64,000 nt of DNA, taken from Trypanosoma brucei (taxonomy: Eukaryota). The stretch lies in the NCBI GenBank assembly GCA_000002445.1, contig CH464491.1:1248001-1312000 (forward strand). Reading direction: 5' to 3'. The notes beneath the pieces were generated by a model. It made no database searches, had not been told where the DNA came from, and saw only the letters and a program-made list of their open reading frames with translations. A program made the translations under genes and the position numbers. Numbering within the stretch: the first letter of the stretch is position 1; each line of letters opens with the position of its first letter. Below, one piece after another: positions 11,653 through 21,390 of this stretch.

Positions 11653-13992
11653 TTATAATAAAAATGTTTCCTGGTGAAAGTCAACCCCAAGGGAATGGGC
11701 AACACTTCTTGCCAACTCCACGAGGACGGGGGAACCGCAGGCAAATAAGAGCACGGTTCTGGGATCTTTGCCGGCAATTACCTGCGGTATCCTGTCAAAA
11801 ATATCCATCCGTTCATTCACCACACATGTATATTCTCCATCTTCCACATTACAACCGCCGGTGAAAAACACCTGAATTCGGTCACTGGGAGCCTCCTCGA
11901 TTGTAGACGAGGTCGAAACAGCGGACAAGTCGCCTCCCTGCCAAAGCTGCGACATTAACAACAAAAGTTCCCTGTCACGCACGCTCCACAGAAGCATGGG
12001 AGTCGGACTCCTCAACCCCAGAGCCATGCGATCGCAGATATGACTATATACGGACGCGCATGGAGTTATACCGATGCCTCCTGCGACAAACAAAATGTTT
12101 TGATGTTCGTTGATATCTAGTGCACGGCCACATGGGCCTTCAACATACAGTTTAAACTTCAATCCGCGTCTACACACCAACTTACCCAGCTTTTCTGTCC
12201 ACGTGCCCTCACCCATTGATTTGATATAGAGTAAATAATAGCCTTCGTGTTCACACATTATACTGAAGGGATGCCACTGTAGCAGCGATATGTCGGGAAC
12301 GTTTACAAACACAAACTGCCCAGGTAATGCCCCCAGCGACCCATGTCGGAAACGAATCTCCACAAAGGAGCCGGACGCAGTAGCCGACACGAGGTCCACT
12401 GTCGATCCACGGCGATATATCCTCAGAAGCCAGTCTAGGAACCAAATAGTCAACCCGGGGAGGAAGTATTCCCATGCTGAGGCCGCATGCCACAACACAA
12501 CCGGTACCAACATGTAGAACGTGACGATGTGTGCGTAGTAGAAGAGCTCGTAGAAGCGGCGACGAAGGGGCTCCAATGCAAAAATGATTGTCGAAACAAG
12601 GGAAAAAAGTGTCGTAAGGGTGATAAGTGGAATTGTGTAGTCATCTCTGTTACCGGGAGGATCAACTGCTGGAATGGAAAAAATCCCTTGTGGAAAGACA
12701 CCCAGTTCAAAGCAGCGCACGTACCAACCTATCGCGTGACCAACGATACCAAGCAACGCTCCGTATCCAAGGAGCCTATGAACCCAAATGGACGACTCCC
12801 ATGAGGTCCCCAAAATTGAGTGAAGCACAGAATAACGACTCACGGGAAATATGGAAAGCGAGAGAAAAGCTACGGCCAACTGACCCATTGAACGATACCA
12901 TCGCTCGGATGATACCGTGTCATTAGAGATGTCAGTGTACCTCTGCTTAAAGTTATGACCCTGGATCCAGTACAAAAAAAATAGCACAATCATTGAAAAA
13001 GTGAGAAAAAGAAAACCCACCTCGCCGTACGTGTAATCACGCAACACTGGGCATCTCCGCTTGAGAAACCTCCGCCCGTAGCGGAAAGAACGAATCAACG
13101 CAGTGGTAAGTAGTATAACGAACAAGTAACCGTAGAATATCAGATTACTTGGGTACGCCTTCAGCACTACCTCGTCATTTATTACCAAATTTCTCGTGCG
13201 TATCCACGACCACGGCAGATCCGGGCAAGTGTATGTATGAGGCTCAGTTCGGCACAGGGTGTAGTTGTGCGAGCTGAGCATCCTGGCATTTCTTGCTATG
13301 CGCACAGGCAAAAACGATTCTAAGGAGTTCGGCATATAAAGTGATACAACGGCCCAAAACGAGACGAACGCGACGGCGAACAGGAACCTCAAAAGTGGTG
13401 CGAATCGATCTGAGACAAATCGACGGCCTTTGTGGCCTGTCCAAAAAGGGTCAACGCCGAATACACGGCGTGCGGCTTGAAAGAGGATTACAACTCCGAT
13501 CGGAACGAAGGACAAGAACGCTGCCAAACCAAGACCCGAACGGAATGCAACGCCGGCTTCTGGACGGCCACCTCGGTTCGTCGAGGCAGTGCTCCCGGTG
13601 CAAAAAACGGCAAGGCACTGCATGGTCTCGCTTCCCCACACAGCTCCTAGACCCCCTAACACGACAAACACCAAACCTAGCATCCCCATTAAAATAAGAC
13701 CCAAAATGCCACCATGTATGCAAGCGAGAGTGCTTGTCCCGACGTACAGTAGAGAAACTCCCAGTGTAGAAAACACGCCGAAGGAAAAGAGACCAATAAA
13801 GTTCAGTGCATCGTAACCCGCCCAATTACTTGGATGCGGGCCCACGTTGTTGAACATTTCAGCCTTAAACCATAACAGAAGGCCTAGCACCGCTATGCAC
13901 ACACTGATAGCACCCACAAAAAGGAGTTTTCGCGCAGCAACAAGAGTACTGACATCATACCCCGTTCTCGTTATGTGTGGGATTAAATCCAT
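11653..13992 (-). CDS. NADPH-dependent ferric reductase (NOX/FRE family) with an extended multi-pass N-terminal membrane region.
   Basis: It starts with ATG. It carries a ferric-reductase transmembrane domain with paired His residues (HRLLGYGALLGIVGHAIGW). The FAD-binding HPFS motif is present in HPFSIMCEHEGYYLLYIKS. The NAD(P)H-binding motifs are present as GPCG in LYVEGPCGRA and in FVAGGIGITP. About 10 hydrophobic helices precede these motifs. Confidence 0.8.
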   Translation of the reverse strand: MDLIPHITRTGYDVSTLVAARKLLFVGAISVCIAVLGLLLWFKAEMFNNVGPHPSNWAGYDALNFIGLFSFGVFSTLGVSLLYVGTSTLACIHGGILGLILMGMLGLVFVVLGGLGAVWGSETMQCLAVFCTGSTASTNRGGRPEAGVAFRSGLGLAAFLSFVPIGVVILFQAARRVFGVDPFWTGHKGRRFVSDRFAPLLRFLFAVAFVSFWAVVSLYMPNSLESFLPVRIARNARMLSSHNYTLCRTEPHTYTCPDLPWSWIRTRNLVINDEVVLKAYPSNLIFYGYLFVILLTTALIRSFRYGRRFLKRRCPVLRDYTYGEVGFLFLTFSMIVLFFLYWIQGHNFKQRYTDISNDTVSSERWYRSMGQLAVAFLSLSIFPVSRYSVLHSILGTSWESSIWVHRLLGYGALLGIVGHAIGWYVRCFELGVFPQGIFSIPAVDPPGNRDDYTIPLITLTTLFSLVSTIIFALEPLRRRFYELFYYAHIVTFYMLVPVVLWHAASAWEYFLPGLTIWFLDWLLRIYRRGSTVDLVSATASGSFVEIRFRHGSLGALPGQFVFVNVPDISLLQWHPFSIMCEHEGYYLLYIKSMGEGTWTEKLGKLVCRRGLKFKLYVEGPCGRALDINEHQNILFVAGGIGITPCASVYSHICDRMALGLRSPTPMLLWSVRDRELLLLMSQLWQGGDLSAVSTSSTIEEAPSDRIQVFFTGGCNVEDGEYTCVVNERMDIFDRIPQVIAGKDPRTVLLFACGSPVLVELARSVAHSLGVDFHQETFLL

Positions 13993-16900
13993 AGAACAGG
14001 AATTACTCTCAACGGTTTTGTTTCTCTATATCACTGCGTTGCAGAATATGGGGAAGTAAATGGTAGCCCTCGGGGAAGGTGAATGGCAAAAGTGGTGTCA
14101 GTACAGCAGGGGGGAAGTTCAGCTTAATCTTTTTAAAAGGTAGTAATAAGAAACCACAGACCCACAAACTGGACGCTCAACCGCGTTTAAAGTTACCGTT
14201 TAAGACGCGCAAATAAAAGTTGTCTCTCCGTTATGAGAATACTTCACTCCTATTACCCACTTTCGACGCTTTTCTCACTCCGATACTTCGAAACAGACCC
14301 TACTAATGGTCTCGTCCCAGCTGAAACATAATATCTCCATCTGCACCCAATGCCCAGTCCATTGAAAACCAGCTCAGAAATTGTCACTTCTGGCTCCCTA
14401 ATCTTTAACACAACTTGCTTAGCGGCGGATGTCATGACCCTATGTGTAAAGGAGATATCGTCTCCTACATGAATCAGTGCATTTTGCTCAACGTAAACAC
14501 ACCCTGCGTTTGACCGAGTTGAAACCGGTAGCTGATTCCCCACAAACAACTGAACCTTGCAAGTCCAACTCCCTTCCTTTCAGTACCTTCATGCCCCTTG
14601 AGAGACCTTCTACGTTTCAGTGATTCATGACCGGTGTTGTGTTTCTGCTTCTCGTCAAAACTGTAATATGGAAGGAGGTTTCCGAGCTAATGTCGGTCAA
14701 ACGCTCGAAGGCAGTTTATCACATTACGAAAGTACTGCTATAACACAGCTATACAACAAGGGAAAGTTTTTAAAAAATAAATACACCGTTAAAGCGCAGT
14801 TACCCTTTTTCCATCCCCCTAACAACTCTACAGGTAAGAAAAAAATGTGCTGCGTCGTAATGGACCCCAACATCTGGCAGTTATATGGCGTTTCCACTCT
14901 CCTCCGAAATTACAAATTGGCTGACGTTTCCATGCGTGTAACGATCATACTGCGAACAAAGCAAAGAGACCAGGTAATTTTGCGAAGCACTCCTTAAATA
15001 TACCAAAATATCCGTCAAAATGCTGACCACCTTGATAGAAAGCCTTTTTCCGCAAGAAGATAGAAATACCTCCGAAAAAATCCGGTTAAAACATAAAGCG
15101 GTAAAGGTTACGACATCGTAAAACAGATCACAAACATGCATATATAAAGTTGAAAATACAGTACATGCACGGTCTTTCAATCAAAAATTTAAAAATAAAA
15201 GCAACCAAAGTAAAGGCATTTTAAAAAAATAAAAAGAAGAAAAAGCGGCAACCAAAAAAAAATAAAATTAAGGGGTTGCACGATTTCCAACACATATACC
15301 GGCGAATGACAGACAGTGCTAACTCTTTATTCCTCTTGGCACTGCGAAGAGACAAAAAACTGTGGAAATACAACTTCCTCTTCCCAAAATGAATAATTGC
15401 CCACAACATCTTCGCTTCACGATTGTGGTTTATCACTGAACCCGTATGGCTCCCATGTTCCTCCTCTTCACCTTCCTGACTTCCACAGCTTCCCTCACAA
15501 TTATTTAATATTGTGAACACAAAACACACGTAAGTCAAAACGGTCAAATACAGACAAGTTACGGGGAAGACGGGACCACCAATCCTTCAAATATGAGACA
15601 AAACCTCTACAGCTCACTGTTCAGCATGCTGCGTAGACAGCTGAGACCACATTAGCGACAAAAGGTCAAAAAATGCACAAAGTCCCCGCCCCAATTATGG
15701 TAATCCCCTCTACAAAGATCATCTTGTACAACTGGTGTACAACACACCTCCGATGGAGTTAGATCTACTATACCACACAATCATAAAGATGGAAGACGGA
15801 CATCAAGAGAGGCACCGTTGCTCTGCCATCACAGAGCACGAGCAGCAGAAAGCAGGGCCGATGCGTAACCCCCTTGATCGCACCTGCGCAGGTGAATCGA
15901 TCGATTTAGTGAAAAAACAGTCTTTAAAAAAATATCATACACCTCATATTACCGTGTAAATTCCATTGCAACAAAGCAAAAACTTAGTAATAACGGGAAG
16001 TTGACGTTACGATCAACTGTGCCGACGGCCGTGCCACAAACAAATACCAGAAAGATATAACCATTAACGCGCCAGAAACCGCAGCCCACTGTGATCACCA
16101 AGTCAGCAACTGGCCAAAAAGACAATATTAGTTTTTGAAGAGCTAGTAAAGACATCACACGTATAACGTCAACGGCACAAAGTGGTTGTACTCCACGCAT
16201 CGGGGAATTCAAAAGAAGGTAAATTAAGTTCCCTTCATACAGAGGTAGTTTCTCCTCCATTGGCACCACCTGAGACTGACCTAGGAAACAGGGATGCCTC
16301 AAAGCCTGTTTGGTCACTCCTTATTTGTACTGTTAACCCCCCGAAGTGCCACAAAGAAACGACAGCAGAGGAAACAGATCCTGTGCGCATCACAGCCCCG
16401 TTACAGGGATGTGTCATTCAGAACGCATGCACATACACGGAGGTGTGACCGCACCGCTCACGTCCAGTTCCCCCTCGTGCCACCACCGCCACGTCCTGCA
16501 CGAGTAATGAATTCGCTAGAACACATTCCCGCACCAAGAGAACCGAACGGCAAAAACAAAGAATTGAAAAGAAACGGACCCACGCGCACTGTCGGATACT
16601 TAGATCCAATAAAAGTGATCACTGCACCTGCCTCGCCGCCGGGCGATCACGCCCTCCTTTCCCCTCGGTCGGGCGGCTCCGAGTACGCACCAAACACATT
16701 CACGGGTGTCTGGGACACCACACCCTTCACCACTGCCACCAAGCACTCACATACCGAACACCGTTGCGATCTACGGTATCCCTCTTGCTCTCCTTCGCGA
16801 AAGATGCCACACGCGACAGCGACCACAACAAACGGATCAGAGAGGCAAGACGGGGGCGACGCGAAAGCAAGGAGGCAGGAACCCACCCACTGGACGCCGG

Positions 16901-19721
16901 CGGCAAGGCCTGCAAGGCACGTGAGCCCTTCACGAACCATTTCCACCGCCCCCTGTGAAGGCCCCAGCCGCCCGACAAAGTCGCACTGCCCTTGCGGCCT
17001 GCATCGCCGGGGGAAATAGGAGAGCCGATAATACCTCTAGTGGAGGGAAGTTTTGATGACGCTGAGCACCTCCAACTTTCAACTACAAATAGGTTCCGGA
17101 GTCCCTGCGCACCGCAGACCGCAACGACAGAATACCTCAGAAAGGAACACTGTCAGCCACTTGGATAAAAGCAACACCGCCTCTTCCAATAGATGAATAT
17201 CAACCCACAAGACAGCGTGATTTCCAGATACGCCGGTCACCCCACCGCGGTGCCAACGGAAAATACTTCACAGATAAGGGAAGCCAACATCTAGCACACC
17301 ACTCGAGTCATCAACTTGGGGCTCGCACTTACGACACATCGACCAGAGCACACGCGCACAGCACTAACAGAGAATTTCGGGTAACGTATAGCCTCTAAGT
17401 ACGCACTATTCCCGACGCAATCGCGTTATCACATACCCGCGTTAATGGAATCGTCCTGTTCCTGAACACGGACGTCGAAAAGAACCAAGTTCTTATTTTC
17501 TGTGGAACAAATTAGGACGTGAGAGGACTCCTAGACGAGAAAGGTCGACCTTTACTGATGTGCCTCGCAAAAAGGTGTCTTCCTCCAGCCAACACCCGAT
17601 GCGATCCCAGCATCCCGACGGAAGTGGGGACGCTTAGTTTTTCTTGAGGGTGGGCGCTTTTCCATGACGCCACGGTGTACCGTCGGCCGTTGATGCGGTG
17701 GCGCGCTAGTTTTGTGGGTCATGGCTGCCGAGCGTCGTTATTCACCAACACGACATTCGAAGTGGTAAAACCCCTCAGCCTTTCCGTCCCGCCTTTTGCA
17801 ACAGAGTACCGGTTTTCTGAGGTTCCTCCCCAGCGCGCGTTGATCGTCAAAGTCGACGAGGGTTTCGGGGGGAGAGCGTGCGACTAGAAATTTAAAATGA
17901 TGAGTGGGCGGCCTAGCCGGACCGCGCTGGAATAAGGTGGCAACCATTCTGCGGGTGTGAACCCTTGGAGCTGCGCGTTCGCTGTCGCGGCCTGCCGGTG
18001 AGCCGGGCTGCCCGGTATACTATCGAGGGAGTAGGTACTTTTATGCCGTGCTCGTTAGGTGTTTCTGTCCGCGTTTCCTCCTTGACCGTAAGGCTCTCAC
18101 GTTCCGGCTTGGCGAGGTACCGTGTTCGTGGGAACGTGAGACTTTGGATTCCCGGTTTTGCAGCTTGGTGGTGAAGCGGGCCTTCTGTCCTTGACGGTGC
18201 CGTCTGCCGCCTGTGACAGAAGCGAGTTCCGTCGCGTCAGTGGTCCCAATCTAGAAGGGTCCAGGCAACCCCACTCTCCCTGTGCCTACCGTATCAGTGA
18301 CAGATTTGTGGGAGGGGGGGGGGGTCTCTTTCACGCGTTGCTGGACTTGCGCAAAGGACTTTTGCCAACGCTGCACACATTTCCTCTTTTACCTTTTGTT
18401 TTCCCAGCTCATCAAACTGAGTGCGTTCATGTGCGTTGTGGGTGTGACCGTTGTAGTCGAACGTTTCTGATGTAACCCAGGAAATACGTTAGACGACAGA
18501 GCTCACCAGACCGCGTCAGCGCTCCTCCGCGCTTTGGTGACAACGTGAATGTAGGGGCGGTGCTGATATTTGGTCGCCCGTGTATAGCAACGTTTTCTTA
18601 CCAAATGCATAATCGGTCAAAAAGTATGGAAGCGGAACTAGGGTGTCAAGAACATGTGCAATGTGGCAATCGGACTTTGTGGCTTGGCTTAGTTGCTATG
18701 AAATAATTAGCACTAAAATCTTTCCGTGGTTACGACGAATCTTTTCTTGATTGTGGTGTGTTTGATTGCAAACACGGAGGTGCAGACGTTCAAGCACCCA
18801 GTTGTTTGGCTATATTAAATAGGTTTGGCGGGCAGTTCGTCTGTCTCCACCCATGCTCACACCTGGTCATTAAGAAAGGAAGCTGCTTTTTCTAGGGGAA
18901 ACATGGACAGAGCTACCGATAAAGCTAACTGAGTCAACTTTTGCTTTTTCTTTTTTGAGAAAAAGTCACAGGGATCCCTAACCATATCTTTACTAGCATG
19001 AAATTTATGGAAGCCTTTCGTTGTGGTATGATTTACCGTAACCGCCAGGGGTGAAAACCGGTTAGTGGGTAAAGTGATTACCGTCTATATCACCAAAAGT
19101 GTCTATTGCCCGTAGTATGTTGATACTATAGGTAAATTTCTGTTGTTCGTTTCTTGGGCGTATTTACGAGGTGTGGTGGTTAAGTTGAAGTTTTTTTTTA
19201 ATTTCGAGAGTCCTTTTTTTTAAAAAAAAGGAGGCTCTCTCAGATGAGAAGGGAAGAATTGGTAATGACATTAGGTATGTGCGAAGCAGAATGTAACGGT
19301 GTCATTGCCTTCGTCATTGTTGCACACTCGATCAATTTAATTTAAAGACGTAGGTACCACAAGTCCTAATCAGAGGTGTGTGGTAAGGGAAAAAGCAACA
19401 ACATGTTAACCATTGAAGAGACTAAGAAATTCGGTCCTTTTTTTGTTATGTCTTGCGGGGTTTCCGTGAACCTTATCATCGGAGGTATCTCTAGTACCAA
19501 CTGTTTGTCTTGCTTGATGAGCTAATTATTTTTTAAAATGAAATGATGAACCTTTTCTTGATTGCGGTTATTGATTGGTCGCTAAGTGCTTCCTTCTATT
19601 TAGAGAATTTTGCAACATAACCCTAACCTATTTTCGCCACTGTCTACTTTACTAAGGTTTGTTAATTCTTAAGTATTTCGCACGGTATAATCACCGAAAA
19701 AAATTTATACCACGACCAAAG
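13993..19721. promoter_or_regulatory. Divergent strand-switch region between the two polycistronic units. This is the putative RNA polymerase II transcription start region.
   Basis: Every gene to the left is on the minus strand and every gene to the right is on the plus strand. There is no convincing ORF across 5.7 kb. The region is GC-rich. The plus strand is CA-rich at about 16.4-17.3 kb, which makes the minus strand GT-rich there. The plus strand is GT-rich at about 18.3-19.2 kb. There is a G11 run at 18314-18324. Confidence 0.6.
18314..18324 (+). repeat. Homopolymeric G11 run inside the strand-switch region.
   Basis: The sequence reads gtgggaggggggggggggtctc: eleven consecutive G, with three more G two positions upstream. 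Confidence 0.9.
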
Positions 19722-20075
19722 ATGTCAGAAAAAGGTGGTGACGACAGTCGCTCTTCTCAGGTTCGTGTTAGTGTTAAGCGCCGTAATTTCTCCTACGTGG
19801 ATTCCATTAAGGTCCGTCTCAGCGGAGGAAAACCGGAAGTTACCATATCTGCATTGGGTAAAGCCATATCAGATGCAGTTGCTGTCGCCGAAATACTAAA
19901 AAACCAAGGGCTTATCGATGTTAAAAAAATCACAACCTCTCGGGGCGCCGCTGAATCTGATGGCGACGCGGTGAACGACAAGATCGAAATACTGATTACA
20001 AAGTCTAAGGACTTTGACACAATATATGCCGAACAACAGAAAAGGAAGTTGGAAAACGCTGATAAAAAGGAGTAG
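19722..20075 (+). CDS. ALBA-domain protein (small Alba-type RNA-binding protein), first of a tandem pair of paralogs.
   Basis: The track ORF starts at a TTG at 19659. The first ATG, at 19722, gives MSEKGGDDSRSSQVRVSVKRRNFSYVDSIKVRLSGGKPEVTISALGKAISDAVAVAEILKNQGLIDVKKITTSR... This is the Alba fold signature with a lysine-rich C-terminal tail. It matches what I recall of T. brucei ALBA1/ALBA2, which are adjacent on chromosome 11; I cannot say which copy is which. Confidence 0.8.
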   Translation: MSEKGGDDSRSSQVRVSVKRRNFSYVDSIKVRLSGGKPEVTISALGKAISDAVAVAEILKNQGLIDVKKITTSRGAAESDGDAVNDKIEILITKSKDFDTIYAEQQKRKLENADKKE

Positions 20076-20638
20076 CGGTGATTTAACAAAAAGAGAGAAT
20101 GAACGGTAAATCCGAACTTACGTGTGCTTAGGGGGGGAGAAATAGGCTGCTGAAGGGCATGTGTGGTATACATATACATCATATGTCCCGGTGTAAAGGG
20201 GAGATAACTGGTGAAACGGAGGGTTAAGAAACAGTTCGAGAATCACACTCAGCTATGTTTTTTTTTTTAAAGGTGGGATCTCTCTTTTTCGTCTTCGATA
20301 CAATTATTGATATCGCCGTGTTTTACGGTAGCATCCAGGAAAAGAAAAGTAGAATAGGCCAGTTTATTTTTGACATCGCCTGATTTTTGAAATATTGAAA
20401 GGAAACATTCACTGCTGTATCTATTTGTTTCCTTTTTACCATTTGTATTTACCCTTCACTTCTTTTCATAATTGGTAACATAACGATCAAAATTAAAAAA
20501 TATATTGGGATAAGAACAGCGAAAATACCACACAAACACCAAACACACATACAAAAGTATATCTGCTACTTTAAAAAAAAAAAAACTTCGAAAGAACTTT
20601 GGAACAACTCAAGAAGACAAACGAGGAACTCGCTGCAT

Positions 20639-21016
20639 ATGACGACAGGAAAGAGCGACCGCCCCAGGAACTCCGTCCGGGTTGGCTATCGCGGTACTAA
20701 ATTTCTATTTGTTGATATAACCAAGCACCTTTTGCACGATGGCGAGAAGGAAGTATATGTTTCTGCTCTCGGTGGCGCCATCAACGAAGCTGTGTCCGTT
20801 GTGGAGATGCTGAAGGATCAGCAAATGGTGGTTGTAAAAAAAATCACCACCTCGCGACAGGTCAGTGAGGAACCAGACGACGGCCCTGTCGACAAAATCG
20901 AAATCGTTGTTACGAAAGCAGATGGTTTCGACGCGAAATATGAAGAGCAACAAAAGGCTCGCGAAGCTAAGAGGCTCGAAAAGGAGAAAAATGAGAAGGA
21001 GAAGGCTACAGCGTAA
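20639..21016 (+). CDS. ALBA-domain protein, second tandem paralog.
   Basis: It starts with ATG and contains ...VYVSALGGAINEAVSVVEMLKDQQMVVVKKITTSR...DKIEIVVTK... These are the same VKKITTSR and DKIEI(L/V)(I/V)TK motifs as the upstream gene. It has a lysine/glutamate-rich C-terminus. Confidence 0.8.
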   Translation: MTTGKSDRPRNSVRVGYRGTKFLFVDITKHLLHDGEKEVYVSALGGAINEAVSVVEMLKDQQMVVVKKITTSRQVSEEPDDGPVDKIEIVVTKADGFDAKYEEQQKAREAKRLEKEKNEKEKATA

Positions 21017-21036
21017 TGAAGAGCGAAACCGAAATG

Positions 21037-21066
21037 AAGAGAGGGAGAGAGAGAGAGAGAGAGAGA
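21037..21066 (+). repeat. (GA)n microsatellite in the 3' region of the second ALBA gene.
   Basis: The sequence gagagagagagagagagagagagagaga is directly visible. Confidence 0.9.
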
Positions 21067-21390
21067 ACGGAAAAAATGAAAATACACGAGGTACACGGGG
21101 AAATATGTTTTTCATTTGGGCCGGCTTTGATAACCCATATCTTTGGAGAAGATGGAAAGAGAAAGTAAAAGGATAGTGGCTCTGGGACAAGAAAAGGAAG
21201 AAATATACTAGGTATTGAGAAGTCATCCAAGGTCCGTGTTTAAACTTGATCAGTTTCACGAGTGTTAACATCTTTTCGCAAAGGAGGGAAAATATTACCT
21301 TTTCGCCTACTTTTTTCTATGCCATCTAATTCTGTTGTAGGTCACCTTTCTTTGTGGTTGTGTAGGTGCTGCTTTCCGAAAATTCGGAAT

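Noticed and set aside
14253-14549. 98-aa minus-strand ORF just upstream of the ferric reductase.
   Set aside because: It starts with TTG. The first ATG leaves only about 60 residues. No motif or composition signal separates it from chance ORFs in a 5.7-kb non-coding region.
16294-17019. 241-aa ORF inside the strand-switch region with a genuine ATG start.
   Set aside because: Its product is extremely Pro/Arg/Thr/His-rich (PLVPPPPRPARV, RQQRKQ), which is what a GC- and CA-rich non-coding sequence translates to. An overlapping antisense ORF of similar length (16647-16946) is equally open. There is no sense polyY/AG context. I treat it as non-coding promoter-region DNA.
17000-19600. Search for tRNA, snRNA or other Pol III genes in the strand-switch region. 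Such genes often sit at these sites in trypanosomes.
   Set aside because: I scanned both strands for T-loop-like GGTTCGAATCC, GGTTCGATTCC and their complements, and for A-box/B-box-like pairs. I found none outside coding sequence. The only ttcgaacc-like match lies inside the kinase CDS at about 23155.
20705-21271. 188-aa antisense ORF overlapping the second ALBA gene and the GA repeat.
   Set aside because: Its product is poly-Leu/Ser/Phe (SLSLSLSLSS, LLLLIFLLF). It arises from translating (GA)n and a lysine-codon-rich sense strand on the opposite strand. It is a low-complexity artefact.
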